Positions 12,287 to 25,164 of a DNA stretch of 64,000 nucleotides are shown here, piece by piece. The notes beneath the pieces were generated by a model that was given only the letters and a program-made list of their open reading frames with translations, made no database searches and was not told the origin of the DNA. Made by a program: the position numbers and the translations under genes. Origin of the DNA: Octopus vulgaris (lineage: Eukaryota). Within the stretch, counting starts at the first letter, position 1. Every line of letters starts with the position of its first letter. The DNA lies in the NCBI GenBank assembly GCA_951406725.2, contig OX597834.1:33356001-33420000 (forward strand), given 5' to 3'.

Positions 12287-12810
12287 TTTCATTCATTCAT
12301 TGTTCGACCGTGGTCGAGACAATGGAATTTACCATGCTACGCCAGACTTCACGGTCCATCATGGCATTACGGAGGTCCTGTTGCTGGATGCCTGTATCCC
12401 TGGAGATTACATCAGGGTAGGAGAGTGTGCGCCCTCTGGCATTGCGAGTAGATGGCTTCCAGAGGAGGAGAGTAGAAATTACTTCTTTTTCAGCTCTACA
12501 ACCAATGTCCAGCAAACTTGGACTCACCTACCTTTCACAAGAGATGACACAGGTGGTAGTTTCCCATATATTTGCATTTTGGTTGGATGGCGCTTCCACG
12601 AGAGATTTTGAGCTCTCTCATAAGGAGGCGAGTGTAGGTTTCATCCAACTGCCTCTCAAGCTTCTTTGATAACGTCCAGGTTTCTGAGCCATATAGTAGA
12701 ATTGATTTGACTGTGGCTTTGAAGATTTCAAGTTTGAAGTCTCTACTTAGATTTGATGACCAGATATTATGCATGTCATTACAGGCTGACCAGGCCATAC
12801 CCTTTCTAGT
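12287..12810 (-). mobile_element. RTE-group LINE 3' end with (GAAT)n tail
   Basis: KGMAWSACNDMHNIWSSNLSRDFKLEIFKATVKSILLYGSETWTL (LLYGSETW motif) ... AMMDREVWRSMV; frameshifted. Confidence 0.85.
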
Positions 12811-13543
12811 ACCTCTAGTACCCTTGGCCTTCACAGGTCCTCCTTTGTCACCAAGTCTTGGAGACTCCTGTAAAGGGTGATGGATACTAGACACTCCTAA
12901 ATAAAAAAAGACAGACTGGTCACAGCTGGAATGACTTTGGCTTCATAGTCATGTTTAACCAAGGGCTAAACAACAGCAATGATTACGACTTCTAGAATAG
13001 CCACTACTGGCATATACACCACCACCACTACCACCATCACCACTGCCACCACCACCACCACTACCACCATCACCACTGCCACCATCATCACCACCACCAC
13101 CACCACCGCCACCACCACCACTACCATATCCATATAACAATTCAACATTATTCATTATTATTACTACCCCCACACTGATGACAGACATCATTACACACCA
13201 CTACCACCACCACCACCACCACCACCACCACCACTACTACTACTACTACAGCATAGTTTTGGTCATTTAATTCATAACAATTGCAACACCCAGTCCAATC
13301 CTGAATTTTATAATTGATCATTGGTGTGCCTGAGTGTGTATATATATAGACATATATATATATATATATACATAAGCATGCATACGTACATACAGATATA
13401 CCTTCACACACACACACACACAAACATATAAACCAAAAACAAAGCTCTTTCACTGGAATTTATAATTTAGGCAGCAGCAATAGCTTTGTTGCATGTAAAT
13501 GTATGAGTGTATATATGTATGTATGTATGTGTGTACGTTTGTA

Positions 13544-13590
<47 letters not shown>

Positions 13591-13982
13591 GTGTGTGTAT
13601 GCATGTATGTAGACATGTATGCATGTGTCCGTGTATGTGGTGTATATACATATGTGTGTGCACAAGCATGGATGTCACTGCATGTATAGACCTGCATGTT
13701 TTGTGTTGTGTTGCATGTGTGTGTGTGTGTGTGTGGTGTGTCTATATATATTTTTTTATTCTTTTATCCTTTCACTTGTTTCAGTCATTAGACTGCGGCC
13801 ATGCTGGGGCAGCACCTTGAAGAATCTTTTGCCAAATGAATCGACCCCCAGTACTTAATTTTTTGGCTAAATCTGGCACTTGTTCTATCAGCCCCTTTTG
13901 CTGAACCACTAAGTTATGGGGACATAAACGCACCAACACTGGTTGTTAAGCGGTGGTGGTGGTAGACAAACACACACACACA

Positions 13983-14755
13983 CAGTAGAACCTTGCAGTA
14001 CGAGTGCACCATTGTTGCTGCACAAGCCGAGGCTCGTGCAAATTTTTGTCTTGAATTACAAACGGAAATCCACAGCACAAGCAAGTTTTATACAAGTGAC
14101 CCCTAGTCGATGCTGAGCTCTCCCAACAAGCGCAGCCTCCACTCACTCAGTTCATGTGTTTATCTCATTATGGCAGCATCCCTGTTGTGTTTTTCCCAGT
14201 GTTTTTTTCTTAGTTTTGTGTGCTTTTGTTATTATTGTATAATAATTCATTTTGTTAGCCATGGGTCCTAAAGAGGTTAATGTGACGGACAGTGCTGAGA
14301 AGAAAAAGCTGATTGGGATAGAATTGAAGAAGGAAATTATTGATCAACATGAGAGAGGAGTGTGGACAACACAGCACATCGATATGACCGAAACATGTCA
14401 ACGATCTGCACCATCCTGAAGAAAAAGGATGAGATCAAGGCCATTACAACAAAGCACAAGTGCTGTATGGAGATCTCTTCAAGCAGAACCCTGGAACATC
14501 AATGGAGGAGACATAAGCAGAGATATTTAAGGCCAGTCACGACTGGTTTGATAATTCCAAGAAGAGGACTGGTCTTCACGGTGTCGTCAAGAATGGAGAA
14601 GCAGCAAGTTTTGACACAAAGGCAGCTGAGGATTTTGTGTGTGAATTCTGCCAGCTCATCACAGCCGAGGGTTACATTGCACAACAGGTATTCAACTGTG
14701 ATGAAACTGGCCCTTTTTTGGAAAAAAATATCCAGAAGGACCTACATAACTACAT
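13983..14755 (+). mobile_element. Tigger/pogo DNA transposon relic (5' TIR + disrupted transposase from ATG 14261)
   Basis: MGPKEVNVTDSAEKKKLIGIELKKEIIDQHERG; STICTILKKKDEIK; FKASHDWFDNSKKR; GYIAQQVFNCDETG (CENP-B HTH and DDE_1 start); TIR-like CAGTAGAACC. Confidence 0.85.
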
Positions 14756-14759
14756 AACA

Positions 14760-15432
14760 TCATGCTCGATAGAGTGTAAGCATCATGAGAGAAAATTTGG
14801 GCATAAGCAGCATCAGATGTGGTGTGCAAGAAAGATAACTGTGCTGGTATGGTCATGTGATGCATATGGATGAGGACAGCTGTGTAAGGAAGTGCTGATC
14901 TCTAACTGTAGAGGGAACCTGTGGTAGGGTTAGACCTAGGAAGACATGAGACGAGGTGGTGAAGCATGATCTTCAAACTTTGGGCCTCACAGAAGCAATG
15001 ACTAGTGACCGAGACCTTTGGCTATATGCTATGGAGAAAACCTATCAAGCCAAGTGAAATCATAGTCATGGCCGATGCTGGTGTCATGTGAATGGCATCT
15101 GTGCCGGTGACATGCAAAAAGCACCTTTTGGGTGTTGGGCCTCACGGAGGCAATGATGAATAACCGAGACCTTTGGCATTATGTCATGCTTGAGAAGAAG
15201 ACCCATCAAGTAAAATCACAGCTGTGACAAATACTGGTGTCACACAAATAGTACCCATGGTGGTGGAATATAAAAACACCCATTACTCTCTTGGAGTGGT
15301 TGGCATTAGGAAGGGCATCAAGCTATAGGAATCGTGCCAAATCAGACTAGAGTTTGGTACAGCCTTCCAGCCTCTCAAACCGTCCAACCCATGCCAGCAT
15401 GGACAACAGACATTAAATGATGATGAGGATGA
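14760..15432 (+). mobile_element. RTE LINE 3' end, same family as 7374-8152, more decayed
   Basis: LCWYGHVMHMDEDSCVRKC*SLTVEGTCGRVRPRKT*DEVVKHDLQTLGLTEAMTSDRDLW; in-frame stops; (GAT)n tail. Confidence 0.85.
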
Positions 15433-15561
15433 TAAGAGCTTTGCTCGAAATGTAAAACCACCTTTCTTTCCTTCCCTGAGTGTCTGCTAATATTTTACAT
15501 GTACCACGTCCACAGGTTGTTTTTTTTTGTGTTTGTTCTTTGTTTTTTTTTGGACTTACTA

Positions 15562-15593
<32 letters not shown>

Positions 15594-15677
15594 CACACAC
15601 ACAAATACATACACATATGTATCTATGTACATATGCATGTATGTATTTATGTATGTATTTATGTATGTATTCCTGGC

Positions 15678-15920
15678 AATGTGCTATGCTCTTGAGCAAG
15701 ATACTTCATTTCACATTGCTCCAGTCTACTCATCTGGCAAAAATGTGTAGTACCTGTATTTCAAAAAAGGGCCAGCTTTGTCACACCCTGTATCGCACTG
15801 AATATCCCTCAGATCTACATTAAGGGTACACGTGTCTGTGGAGTACTCAGCCACTTGCATGTTAATTTCACGAGCAAGCTGTTCTGTTGATTGGATCAAC
15901 TGGAACCCGGCGGAGTGCCA
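15678..15920 (+). mobile_element. SINE (H2 body + tail T1), 5'-truncated
   Basis: CTTGAGCAAGATACTTCATTTCAC...GGGTACACGTGTCTGTGGAGTACTCAGCC matches 42621-42870. Confidence 0.75.
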
Positions 15921-18055
15921 GTATGCCAGTATGTATGTGTAACATATATGAATGTATGCCTGCAAATGATGTAGGTATGTAGTTATATGTATGTATCTAT
16001 GTATATATGCATGTATAACATGCTTATTGTTGTAGAACTGAAACACGGTATATCTATTTGTATAGCCTTCTTTGTGAACGCATATGTTTAGTGTTGTTAC
16101 TCTCTTTCTCTCTCTCTCTCTCTCTCTTCTCCACTTTCTCTTTCATCTTTATTCTATCAATTCTGGTTTATCCAAGGTACATTTATGTCTTCAGTACACT
16201 TTCCAACTGTATAATAATGAACCTGTACTATAGCCTCATGAGTGGAGTTGGTAGATGAAAGCTGATAGAGGATTATCGTATATATATATATATATGTATG
16301 TATCTATGTGTGTGTGTCTTTGGGTCTATGTTTGTCCCCTCATAACTGCTTGACAACCGGTGTTAGTGTGTTTATGTCCCCCATAACTTAGTGGTTCAAC
16401 AAAAAAAGACAGATAGAATAAATACAGAACTTAAAAACCAAGTCCTGGGGTCAATTTTTTCAACTAAAACCGTTTAAGGTGGTGCTCCAGCATGGCTGCA
16501 GTCAAATAACTGAAACAAGTAAAAGAATAAAAGAATAAATGAATAAAAGAATAAAGTATTGAAATTGATTTGTTAAATGAAAATCCTTCAAGGTGGTGCT
16601 CCAGCTTGGTCACAGACCAAGACAGACAATACTACTCCTCAACTGTCTACATTCAGCCATCATTCATAAACAAACCAACACCAGTTGTCAAGTAGGGAAA
16701 GGGCTGGTAATAAATACAGGCACAAAGACACATACATATATGCATGTAATGTGATGGGCTTCTTTCAGTTTCCGTCTACCAAATTCACTCACAAGGCTTT
16801 TGGTCAGCCCAAGGCTAGAGTGGAAGACACTTGCCCAAGGTGCCATGCAGTGGGACCGAACTCGAAACTACATGGTGACAAAGTGAGCTTCTTAATCACG
16901 CAGCCATGCTTGTGCCTAACACATGACTTTGAGCACTTTGAGTGCCCCAGGTGGGTGGCCTTAAAAACAAAAAGCAAAAAAAAAAATTACTGAAAATCAA
17001 GTAAAATTATGAAAGAATAAACCAAAACTGAAATTGATATTTCAGAAAAAAAAAATTGGAATTTTTCAAAATGAAAACTAAACAAACATTAACGATAGAC
17101 CAAGTCCATGCTCCAGCATGGCCATGGTTTAAAACGGATTGAATATAAGTAAGAGAAGAAAGGGAGAAGACAGAAAGAAAGAGATAAAGAGCGAAAGAGA
17201 AGGAAAGAAAGGGTAAATGTGAATGAAGGAAAACTGAAGAAGAAGAGGAGGAGGGAAGGAGGAGGTGGATACCATGAGGGGGTAGAGAAGGGAACGAAGG
17301 AAAGAAAGAAAGAAAGAAGGAAGGAAAGAAAGAAAGAAAGAAGGAAAGAAGGAATGATAGAAAAATACGAAACAAAAGAATATAGAACTTTGACCGAAAA
17401 GTAACTTTAAACGAGAGAGAAACCATCTTTGAAAATGGTTGGCGTCGGAGGAGGAGAGGATGAAATTGCAGACAATAAACGGGTACAAAACCCAGAAAAT
17501 ATCCAGTAACATCAGAAGAGTTAGAAACCAGTTCTGTTCTTTCGTTCCCACACTCCATATCTCATAAATATTCTCCTGGCAGTTTGCAGTGACACTATTA
17601 TTGTTGTTGTTGTAGTTGTTAGTAAAAGTTTACAATATTTTCATAACTCCACACACACACATACACACACATGTACATATATGTATATATATATGTATAT
17701 ATATGCATGTATGTATATGGATGTGTGTATAGAAATAACAACTGCAGCTGCTTGCTAGCGTCAATTGTTTTTATGGAAATATAAATCTTTTTATTTCTCT
17801 TTCATAAATCACAGCATTGGATAAATTATATATGTGTGTGTGTGTGTGTGTGTGTGCCTGTGTGTGATGTACACATACATGTTTCATCAGATATACATAT
17901 ACATTATATATGTAAACATACATGTATATATGTGTATGCGTGTGTGTGTATATATATATATACATACACACATATACATATATCCACACATTTATAGATA
18001 TACATATATTTATACACACAACAGACATATGTAAGTATATACAATATATACATAC

Positions 18056-18098
<43 letters not shown>

Positions 18099-18149
18099 GG
18101 TTATTTACATATGTATGTATATATATATATATATATATATATACATACA

Positions 18150-19110
18150 CAGGGTGCAGTTGGTATTTGAGGACAGATTTATGGTTTTAAAAAAATGCTT
18201 ATATAATAACAGAAAAAAATTGTATTTTTATAAAAATAGCATAAAGATAAAGCTAAATAATCAATTTAATAATTTCATCCAATAGAACCATCATAAGCAT
18301 CAATAACTACCTCTGCACATGGTCAAAATCGTTAACAAACTCGGATTAAGTGGTCCTTGTTCATATCAGACACGACTTGAACTATGGCAGCTTTCAAAGA
18401 ATCTTTAGTGCTATGGAGGTGTTCATTGACATTTTTCTCAATGATGCTTCATACATAGTAGTCCAGTGAATTGAGATCTGGAGAATTAGGGGGCCAAATG
18501 TCGGGGGTCATGTGATCGTGCAAATTGTCAGCCATCCTTTCTTGTGTCATTTGAGCCTTGTGTGATGGTGCAGAATCTTGTTGAAAAACATACACTGTTG
18601 ATCCAAGGCTTAACAACTTTACCCAGAACCTCAATATATGCAGCAGTATTCATTCTAAGGCCTTGTGGTAAAAAGTGAGGTGGGATCACATGTCCTTCAT
18701 TGCTAACAACACCCAACACCATGACATTTGCAGGAAATTTTGTGTGCATTACTTTGGAACTTCAGAAGGGTTTGCACATAGCTATCTGTCATTTCTTCTG
18801 TTAGTTTTCTGGTCTTGGTCATAGTTTTTCTCATTTGAGAAAAACCAAATCACACCATCTTCTGATGGATTTTTAAGTCTGTTCAAAAGTCTTTTGGATC
18901 TGATGAAATGGTTTCCTTTTGTTTTTCTGATATGAATTTATCTCTCCTCATCACGTAAGATTTGTATCTGATGTCTTCATGCACAACATTTCTGATTGTT
19001 TTTTCTGACACATGAAATGTTTTTGCAATTGACCTCATTGATTTTCTTGGATTGTCTTCAATGTTTTGCTAAACTTCCTGAATAAATTTAGGTGTCCTGG
19101 TAGAATCAGA
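18150..19110 (-). mobile_element. maT/DD37D (Tc1/mariner superfamily) transposon relic
   Basis: WFFSNEK (first D mutated), TKFPANVMVLGVVS, VFQQD-37aa-D (WPPNSPDLNSLDY; spacing counted = 37); terminal CAGGGTGC at 18150; stops and frameshifts. Confidence 0.9.
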
Positions 19111-19904
19111 GTGTTTGTTTGTTTATGTCCCTGTAACTTAATCAGTAAAAGAGGCTGATAGAATAACTACCAAACTTTCACACACACAAAAAAAAAGAAG
19201 GAATAAGCACTGGAGTTAATTTGTTTGACTAAACTTGTGAAGGCAGTGCCCCAGAATGGCCACAGCCAAAAGGCTCAAACAAGTAAAAGTAAAAGAGATG
19301 TTTGCAAAGAATGTATGAGAACAATATGGTCATTGTCACAAAGACATTGGAATACATTGAGAAAGGATAAGATAACCTAAAAACACAACTAACAGCAAAA
19401 CTGAACATACAAAACAGTACAAGTAAAACGCTTAACAATACAACGATTCTGTTTCTATGTTTAAACATTCAAATGGTCATTGATAGACATATCATGTTCG
19501 TTTATAACAGAGACAAATAAATATATGGACGAACGTGGAGACAGTTGACATCTACAGAGAAATGAAATGCTGGTCGGAAAACCCATAATTAGAAGATCCT
19601 TTAGGTTTTCCTACACAAATGAAGTGCCAGGGAAACAAGCCTAGTCTTTATGGCTGGTTGTGGTTGGTTTTCACTGTGTAGTTAAGAAGTTTCCCTTTGT
19701 AATCGTATGGTTTCCGGTTCAGTCCCACTGTACAGCACCTTGGGCAAGTGTCTTCTACTGCTATAGCCCTACGCCAACCAATGCCTTGTGAATGAATTTG
19801 GTCAATGGAAATTGTGTATACGCTCATCATGTATATATATATACATACATATGTGTGTATGTATCTCTGCATGTATATCTATACCTATCTATCTATCTAT
19901 TATC

Positions 19905-19979
<75 letters not shown>

Positions 19980-20004
19980 ATATATATATATATTTGATTT
20001 TGAT

Positions 20005-20250
20005 GATTGCTTGTCCGTCGATGTGACGAAGACTATCTAGTCATCCTGTGGTGGGGATAGACTTGTTTTGTGAATCCGCAGATGGCTAGTGAGGCCAATC
20101 TGCGCCCGAAAGTCTTTAACAGTGTGGACAAGGAATGGTAGCGCCTGCTACAGGGTTGTTAGCTCTGTTCTTCCTGGCTTGTCTGTAGACTTCTGCAGCA
20201 GCGATCCTATTGGTCTCGCATGTGTTGGCACCCTTGTGGACAGCTGATTG
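20005..20250 (-). mobile_element. RTE (BovB/Expander-like) C-terminus with C2H2-type knuckle
   Basis: AVHKGANTCETNRIAAAE..RQARKNRANNP...IPCPHC...AQIGLTSHLRIH. Confidence 0.75.
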
Positions 20251-21299
20251 TGTGTGCGTCTTTGTGCTTATCCTCATAACTGTGTATTAGCACCAGCACT
20301 AGGGAGGTTACCAAGTGACTTGCAAGACAAAGACCCCATCAACTGAGGATGTGCTGGGTGATGTGAGGTTTAAAGTATGATAGAGGGATAAAAAATAGGT
20401 GTCTTGCTGTAGAAGAGATGCCTGTTGGAAAAGAACAAAAGGAAGATGGTAATGAAGACATGCCATATATGTTACAGGGTAGAGATTCAGAGATTCTGTA
20501 GAATATTCCATATTCAACACAAACGTTGAGGGTAGCTTTTTGGATGAACCAGTGCAGTGGCCTGTGATTCAAGTGTTTCTGCAGGGTGTCACAGGTTCTT
20601 TAGACAAATCAAACTGGGTGGAAAGATCTTTTTGTTCATTCTGACACGTTTGCAGAAGCAGTGCACACTGTGCAAACCCAAAGAGACAAATCACTGGACC
20701 GTCTTAAATAAACTATACATTCATACAAGTGTGCATGTGTGTGTTCATGTGTATGCATGTGTGTGTGTGTGTGCATGCATGCATGTGAGTGTGTATGTAT
20801 GTGTAGGTGTATATATATATATATATACACACACACATAAAAAAATAACAAGTGCTCTCACTAACACAAGTATATAAATTATTACCCACACATGTGTATA
20901 TGTGTGTGTGCGTGTGTGTGTGTTTGTATGTGCATATGTGTTTGTGTGTGCATGTGTGTGTGCATGTGTATGTGTGTGGGCGTGTGTGTGTTTGTGTGTG
21001 CATGTGTGTGTGTGTCTGTGTGTGTATGTGTGTGTGCTTGTGTGTCATTGTAACCAGACACAACTCCAAAGCCCAATTGAAATTATCTGTCCATTCACTC
21101 CAGAATGTTAACTGTATGAAAGTGGTAGACCACTCCCCACCAGTCTTTTTCTTCTACTAACTAACATTATCCAATTAACATGCTGAATCCATTGAAAAAA
21201 TTATTATTTGCATTGTTGTCGATTATCATTTATTTATTCTATGATAATTACTATCATTGTTATTGTTGTTATTATTATTGTGGTGTTGGGTGTTATGGA

Positions 21300-21845
21300 G
21301 TATGAAACTCTTTCTCTGCACCCACCTTACTGATAGCATTCCTGTACATGACTTGTACGGCTTTCACCAACCACTCATCTATCCCTAGTTTCAGCATTGA
21401 CCACCAGATACGGGATCGGGGGGGGGGAGCCTGTAAAAGGTTTTCTCCAAGTCAACAAAAGCCAAGTACAGAGGTTTGTCTTTGGCTATATATTTCTCCT
21501 GCAGCTGTCTTACCAGGAATATAGCATCAGTGGTGCTTCTCCCTGACACAAAACCAAACTGCATCTCATCCAGGCTAACTCCCTCTCCCTAAATTAGTTG
21601 GGCTATGACTCTCTCCACAACTTTCATCAGCTGATCCAACAATCTGATACTTCTGTAATTATTTCTATCTTAGGCATCACCTTTACCTTTGTAGCAGTTG
21701 ACTGTGGTGCTGCGACACCAGTCGTTGGGTATGACTCCTTCTTGAACCACCTGCTTTACAATACAGGTGACTAGATCAAAACCCACACCATCAGATATTT
21801 TATGCATCTCACCAATGATTCCTGATGGGCCGAGGGCTTTCCATC
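21300..21845 (-). mobile_element. RTE reverse-transcriptase domain fragment
   Basis: KALGPSGI...GVIPNDWCRSTTVNCYKGKGDA*DRNNYRSIRLL...QFGFVSGRSTTDAIFLVRQLQEKY...LYLAFVDLEK. Confidence 0.9.
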
Positions 21846-22308
21846 TTTATATATAAATATCATATATGTATATATCACACACACACACACACATACACAC
21901 ATACATATACGTGGTCTGATCAATAAGTATCCAAATCAATAAGTATCCAGGTAAGATTTTGCTGTTAAAGTTTGTCAGCAATAAACTGGTTATTCTTCAA
22001 CAATACATAAAGTATATTAACAATTTTTTTTTATACACTTCCTAATGATATGTAGTTACAAAAATACAATAGGATATTTTAAACATTAAGTGTCTATGAG
22101 GGTCCAGGAGAGTAAACAGGAAACAAAAGGGTCCATAGATAAAAAATGGCTGGAAACCAGTGGTCTGTTTGACAGAGGGAGCAAGCAAATGTACAACACA
22201 TCCATTTGATCACAATAAACAAATCATGTGCTGCAAGAAATTGCAGAACCATCTTTCTTAAACTTAAGGGACTACCATTAAATTTTAGGAAGGGCAATAT
22301 TTGTTTAA

Positions 22309-22528
22309 CCCTTTAGTGTTTAAACCAGCCATATCTGGCCCAGATATTCTACATGTTTTATATTCAAGCTGGCGATATCTAGCCTCTCACACCTACCCTA
22401 CAATGTCATTCTAAAAATAAACAATCACGTCATTGAAACCTCAAAGCTAGAAGATAATGCATGATTAATTCAAAACAATTTGAGTGAAAAATTATTACAT
22501 TTAACAGAATAATCTGAAAACTAAAGGG
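22309..22528. mobile_element. piggyBac-type MITE
   Basis: TTAA|CCCTTTAG ... CTAAAGGG|TTAA. Confidence 0.8.
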
Positions 22529-22844
22529 TTAAAGGTTTATGGTTTATGGAGGGTTTGTTGCATATGTATCCCAGAACATTACATTTCATAATAGTCAGAA
22601 AGGAAAGTACAGGACATGCGTAAATAACAACCTTTTGAACATTGTACCCGTAAGATGGTGGGTAAAGTGAAACCAAATGAACTACGTCAAAGTGAATGGT
22701 AAACAAATAATCGTTAATTGTTCATACAAACGTAATTGATATATTTTATTTCATCTGTATAATAATTATTATATTTCAGTAAACTGAAATATATCATTAT
22801 TTCTTGTTATTGTTTCTGTAACTTGAAAAGAAATCGGAGGTGTT

Positions 22845-23360
22845 TCAAAATGTTTACAAAAAATTTTGAAGGTCTACTGGCTGAATATGATCTTGAATAG
22901 CCAACTACACACCAAGGCTAATGTGAGGTCTACTGGCTGAATATGATCTTGAATAGCCAAGGCTAATGTGAGGTCTACTGGCTGAATATGATCTTGAATA
23001 GCCAAGGCTAATGTGAGGTCTACTGGCTGAATATGATCTTGAATAGCCAACTACACACCAAGGCTAATGTGAAACCAATAATAGAAATTATTGAAGCAAG
23101 TAGAAGGAAATGGCTGGGTCGAGTTTGTCGCTATAAACTGAGCTCAGTTGTCAGGATTGCTTTGCAATGGATTCCACAAGGTAAGAGAAGAAATGGCGAA
23201 CCAAAAGAAATGTGGCAGAGAACAATAACAAAAGATCTTAAAAGCAGAGGGTTAACAATGGAACAAGCTGTCAAGGATGCTTTCGGTGTTAGAAGGTGGA
23301 ATGGTCTTGCTGTTGCCACAAGTGCCACAAGGCACAATAAAAACTGAATGAATGAATGAA
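22845..23360 (+). mobile_element. RTE LINE 3' end with internal 4x tandem repeat and (GAAT)n tail
   Basis: RRKWLGRVCR...ALQWIPQGKRRNGEPKEMWQRTITKDL...RRWNGL; repeat units 22871-23072. Confidence 0.85.
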
Positions 23361-23414
23361 ACCAAAATATAATAATTATTATAGGAGACAGCAATGCGTG
23401 TTGCATTTGATTAA

Positions 23415-23627
23415 CCCTTTCGTTACCGTATTTATTTTGAGATCCTCTGTGTTTGTTTCAATTAATTTTAAATATAACAAAGAATTTAGTAAAATAACTT
23501 AGTTATCGTTTAGCTCATTTTAGGAAGATAAATTGTGGCTAAGGTTTGATGGAAGATTTTAATTAAAAACTTATGACATTTGTAGTCAGAGCCAAAGCCA
23601 GTTTCAGCCAGGTTGGTAATGAAAGGG
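23415..23627. mobile_element. piggyBac-type MITE
   Basis: TTAA|CCCTTTCGTTACC ... GGTAATGAAAGGG|TTAA. Confidence 0.85.
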
Positions 23628-24369
23628 TTAATAACTGTAAAAACCTTAAGTTTTTTCTAACTGACACCATATAAAAACCTGTGTCAATATGCTTTCAATA
23701 GATAAGGCAGCAAGCTGGCAGAATTTCTAGCCCCCCAGACAAAATGCTTAAGCAGCATTTCGTGTCTTAATCTTCTGATTTCAAATTGCCTTTCATCCTT
23801 TTGGGGTTGATCAAATATGTACCAGATGAACACCGGGGTTGATGTAATCAACTTGCTCCTTTCCCCAAAACTGCTGGCTTTGTGCAAAATTTGATACCAA
23901 TATGTTTACAATAGACAGTTTGATGCATCATGTAGGGTGTTTGGGCTAAAATTGATGATTTTTTTTATGTCCCCTTTTTTTCAGGAATAACTTGATGTTT
24001 TGGTGAACAGTCAACAGCGTTGGAGAGCATAAAGATAGAAGTTGTAGTTGAGAAGAAGTTTGCTGACATGAGGGACTGGAAGCCATCTGAATATTGGGAA
24101 AGAGTGACCTGTATCATGATGATTTGTGCAGTGTATCAAAATGCTGACATCATGACTGATGTTCAAGGGTCTGTGAATGCATACAAAGACTGTAAGATAT
24201 GACATGGCCAGCTGGAGCAGAGACTCTGAAGTTGTAGTCAGTATGGAGGGACACAAAAGGCATTCTGATTGTGTTCATATGCTGGAATTCATTCAGCAAA
24301 GCAGGACAAGGTGATGGAAGATCTAAGTAAGGCAATCCAAGGTTTGAAGAATTTTTAGTGAAATGAATT

Positions 24370-24697
24370 GACCCCAGAACTTGTTTTTTTTCTTTTCTCA
24401 AAGCCTGGTACTTATTCTACAGGTCTTTATTGCCAGACTGCTAGGTTATGGGAACAGAAACAAACCAATACCAGTTGTCAAGTGGTGGTGGTGGTGGTGG
24501 TGGTGGGGGACAAACACACACACACACACACACAACAGATTTCTTTCACATCCTGTCTACCAAAGCCACTCAAAAGGTTTTGGTTGGCCCCAGAGTTGAG
24601 ATATAGTAGAAGACACTTGCCCAGGGTGTCACACAGTGGGACTGAACCCAGAATCACGTGGTTAGGACACAAACTTCTTACCATGCAGCCACACCTC
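24370..24697 (-). mobile_element. SINE family A
   Basis: Matches the 29770-30175 consensus in reverse. Confidence 0.8.
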
Positions 24698-25164
24698 TAT
24701 TAACAATGCATTCATGTCAAACACAGAATCAAACAGGCCACGTAACATGATACACTTTCTGTTCTTGCTTCAGTAATTTTATTTTTAAAGTTTATTTAAG
24801 TGCATTACCATTTCCGGAACTCATTACCATAACAACAGTAAATTAGTCTTGCCAAACCTTCATTCAATGAAACAGAAAAACATGTCTGGAATGCAACTAT
24901 TTGCAAGTTCTAATGACCGACGTTGAAACTTAGTGTGATAAACATTGTTTAAGGCACTTCTTCCTTTCATACAAATGATGTCTGTTTTTACTGATAAAAC
25001 CAGTATAATACAGAAACATGTCACGATGAAAATAATAACCAACTTTAAAAGAACAATGATATAGTTACTCTACATGATGTGCTGCATGTGCTGTAATTTG
25101 AAGGTACAACTACATGCAAAAGTCATATATATACAGGGTGCAGTGAATAAACTGTTGTCTAAGT

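Noticed and set aside
17007-17575. Hydrophobic minus-strand ORFs resembling a signal peptide or membrane protein
   Set aside because: Mostly derived from a (GAAA)n purine tract; weak acceptor and no convincing donor
22871-23072. CRISPR-like array
   Set aside because: Contiguous tandem units with no unique spacers, inside a LINE ORF in a eukaryotic context
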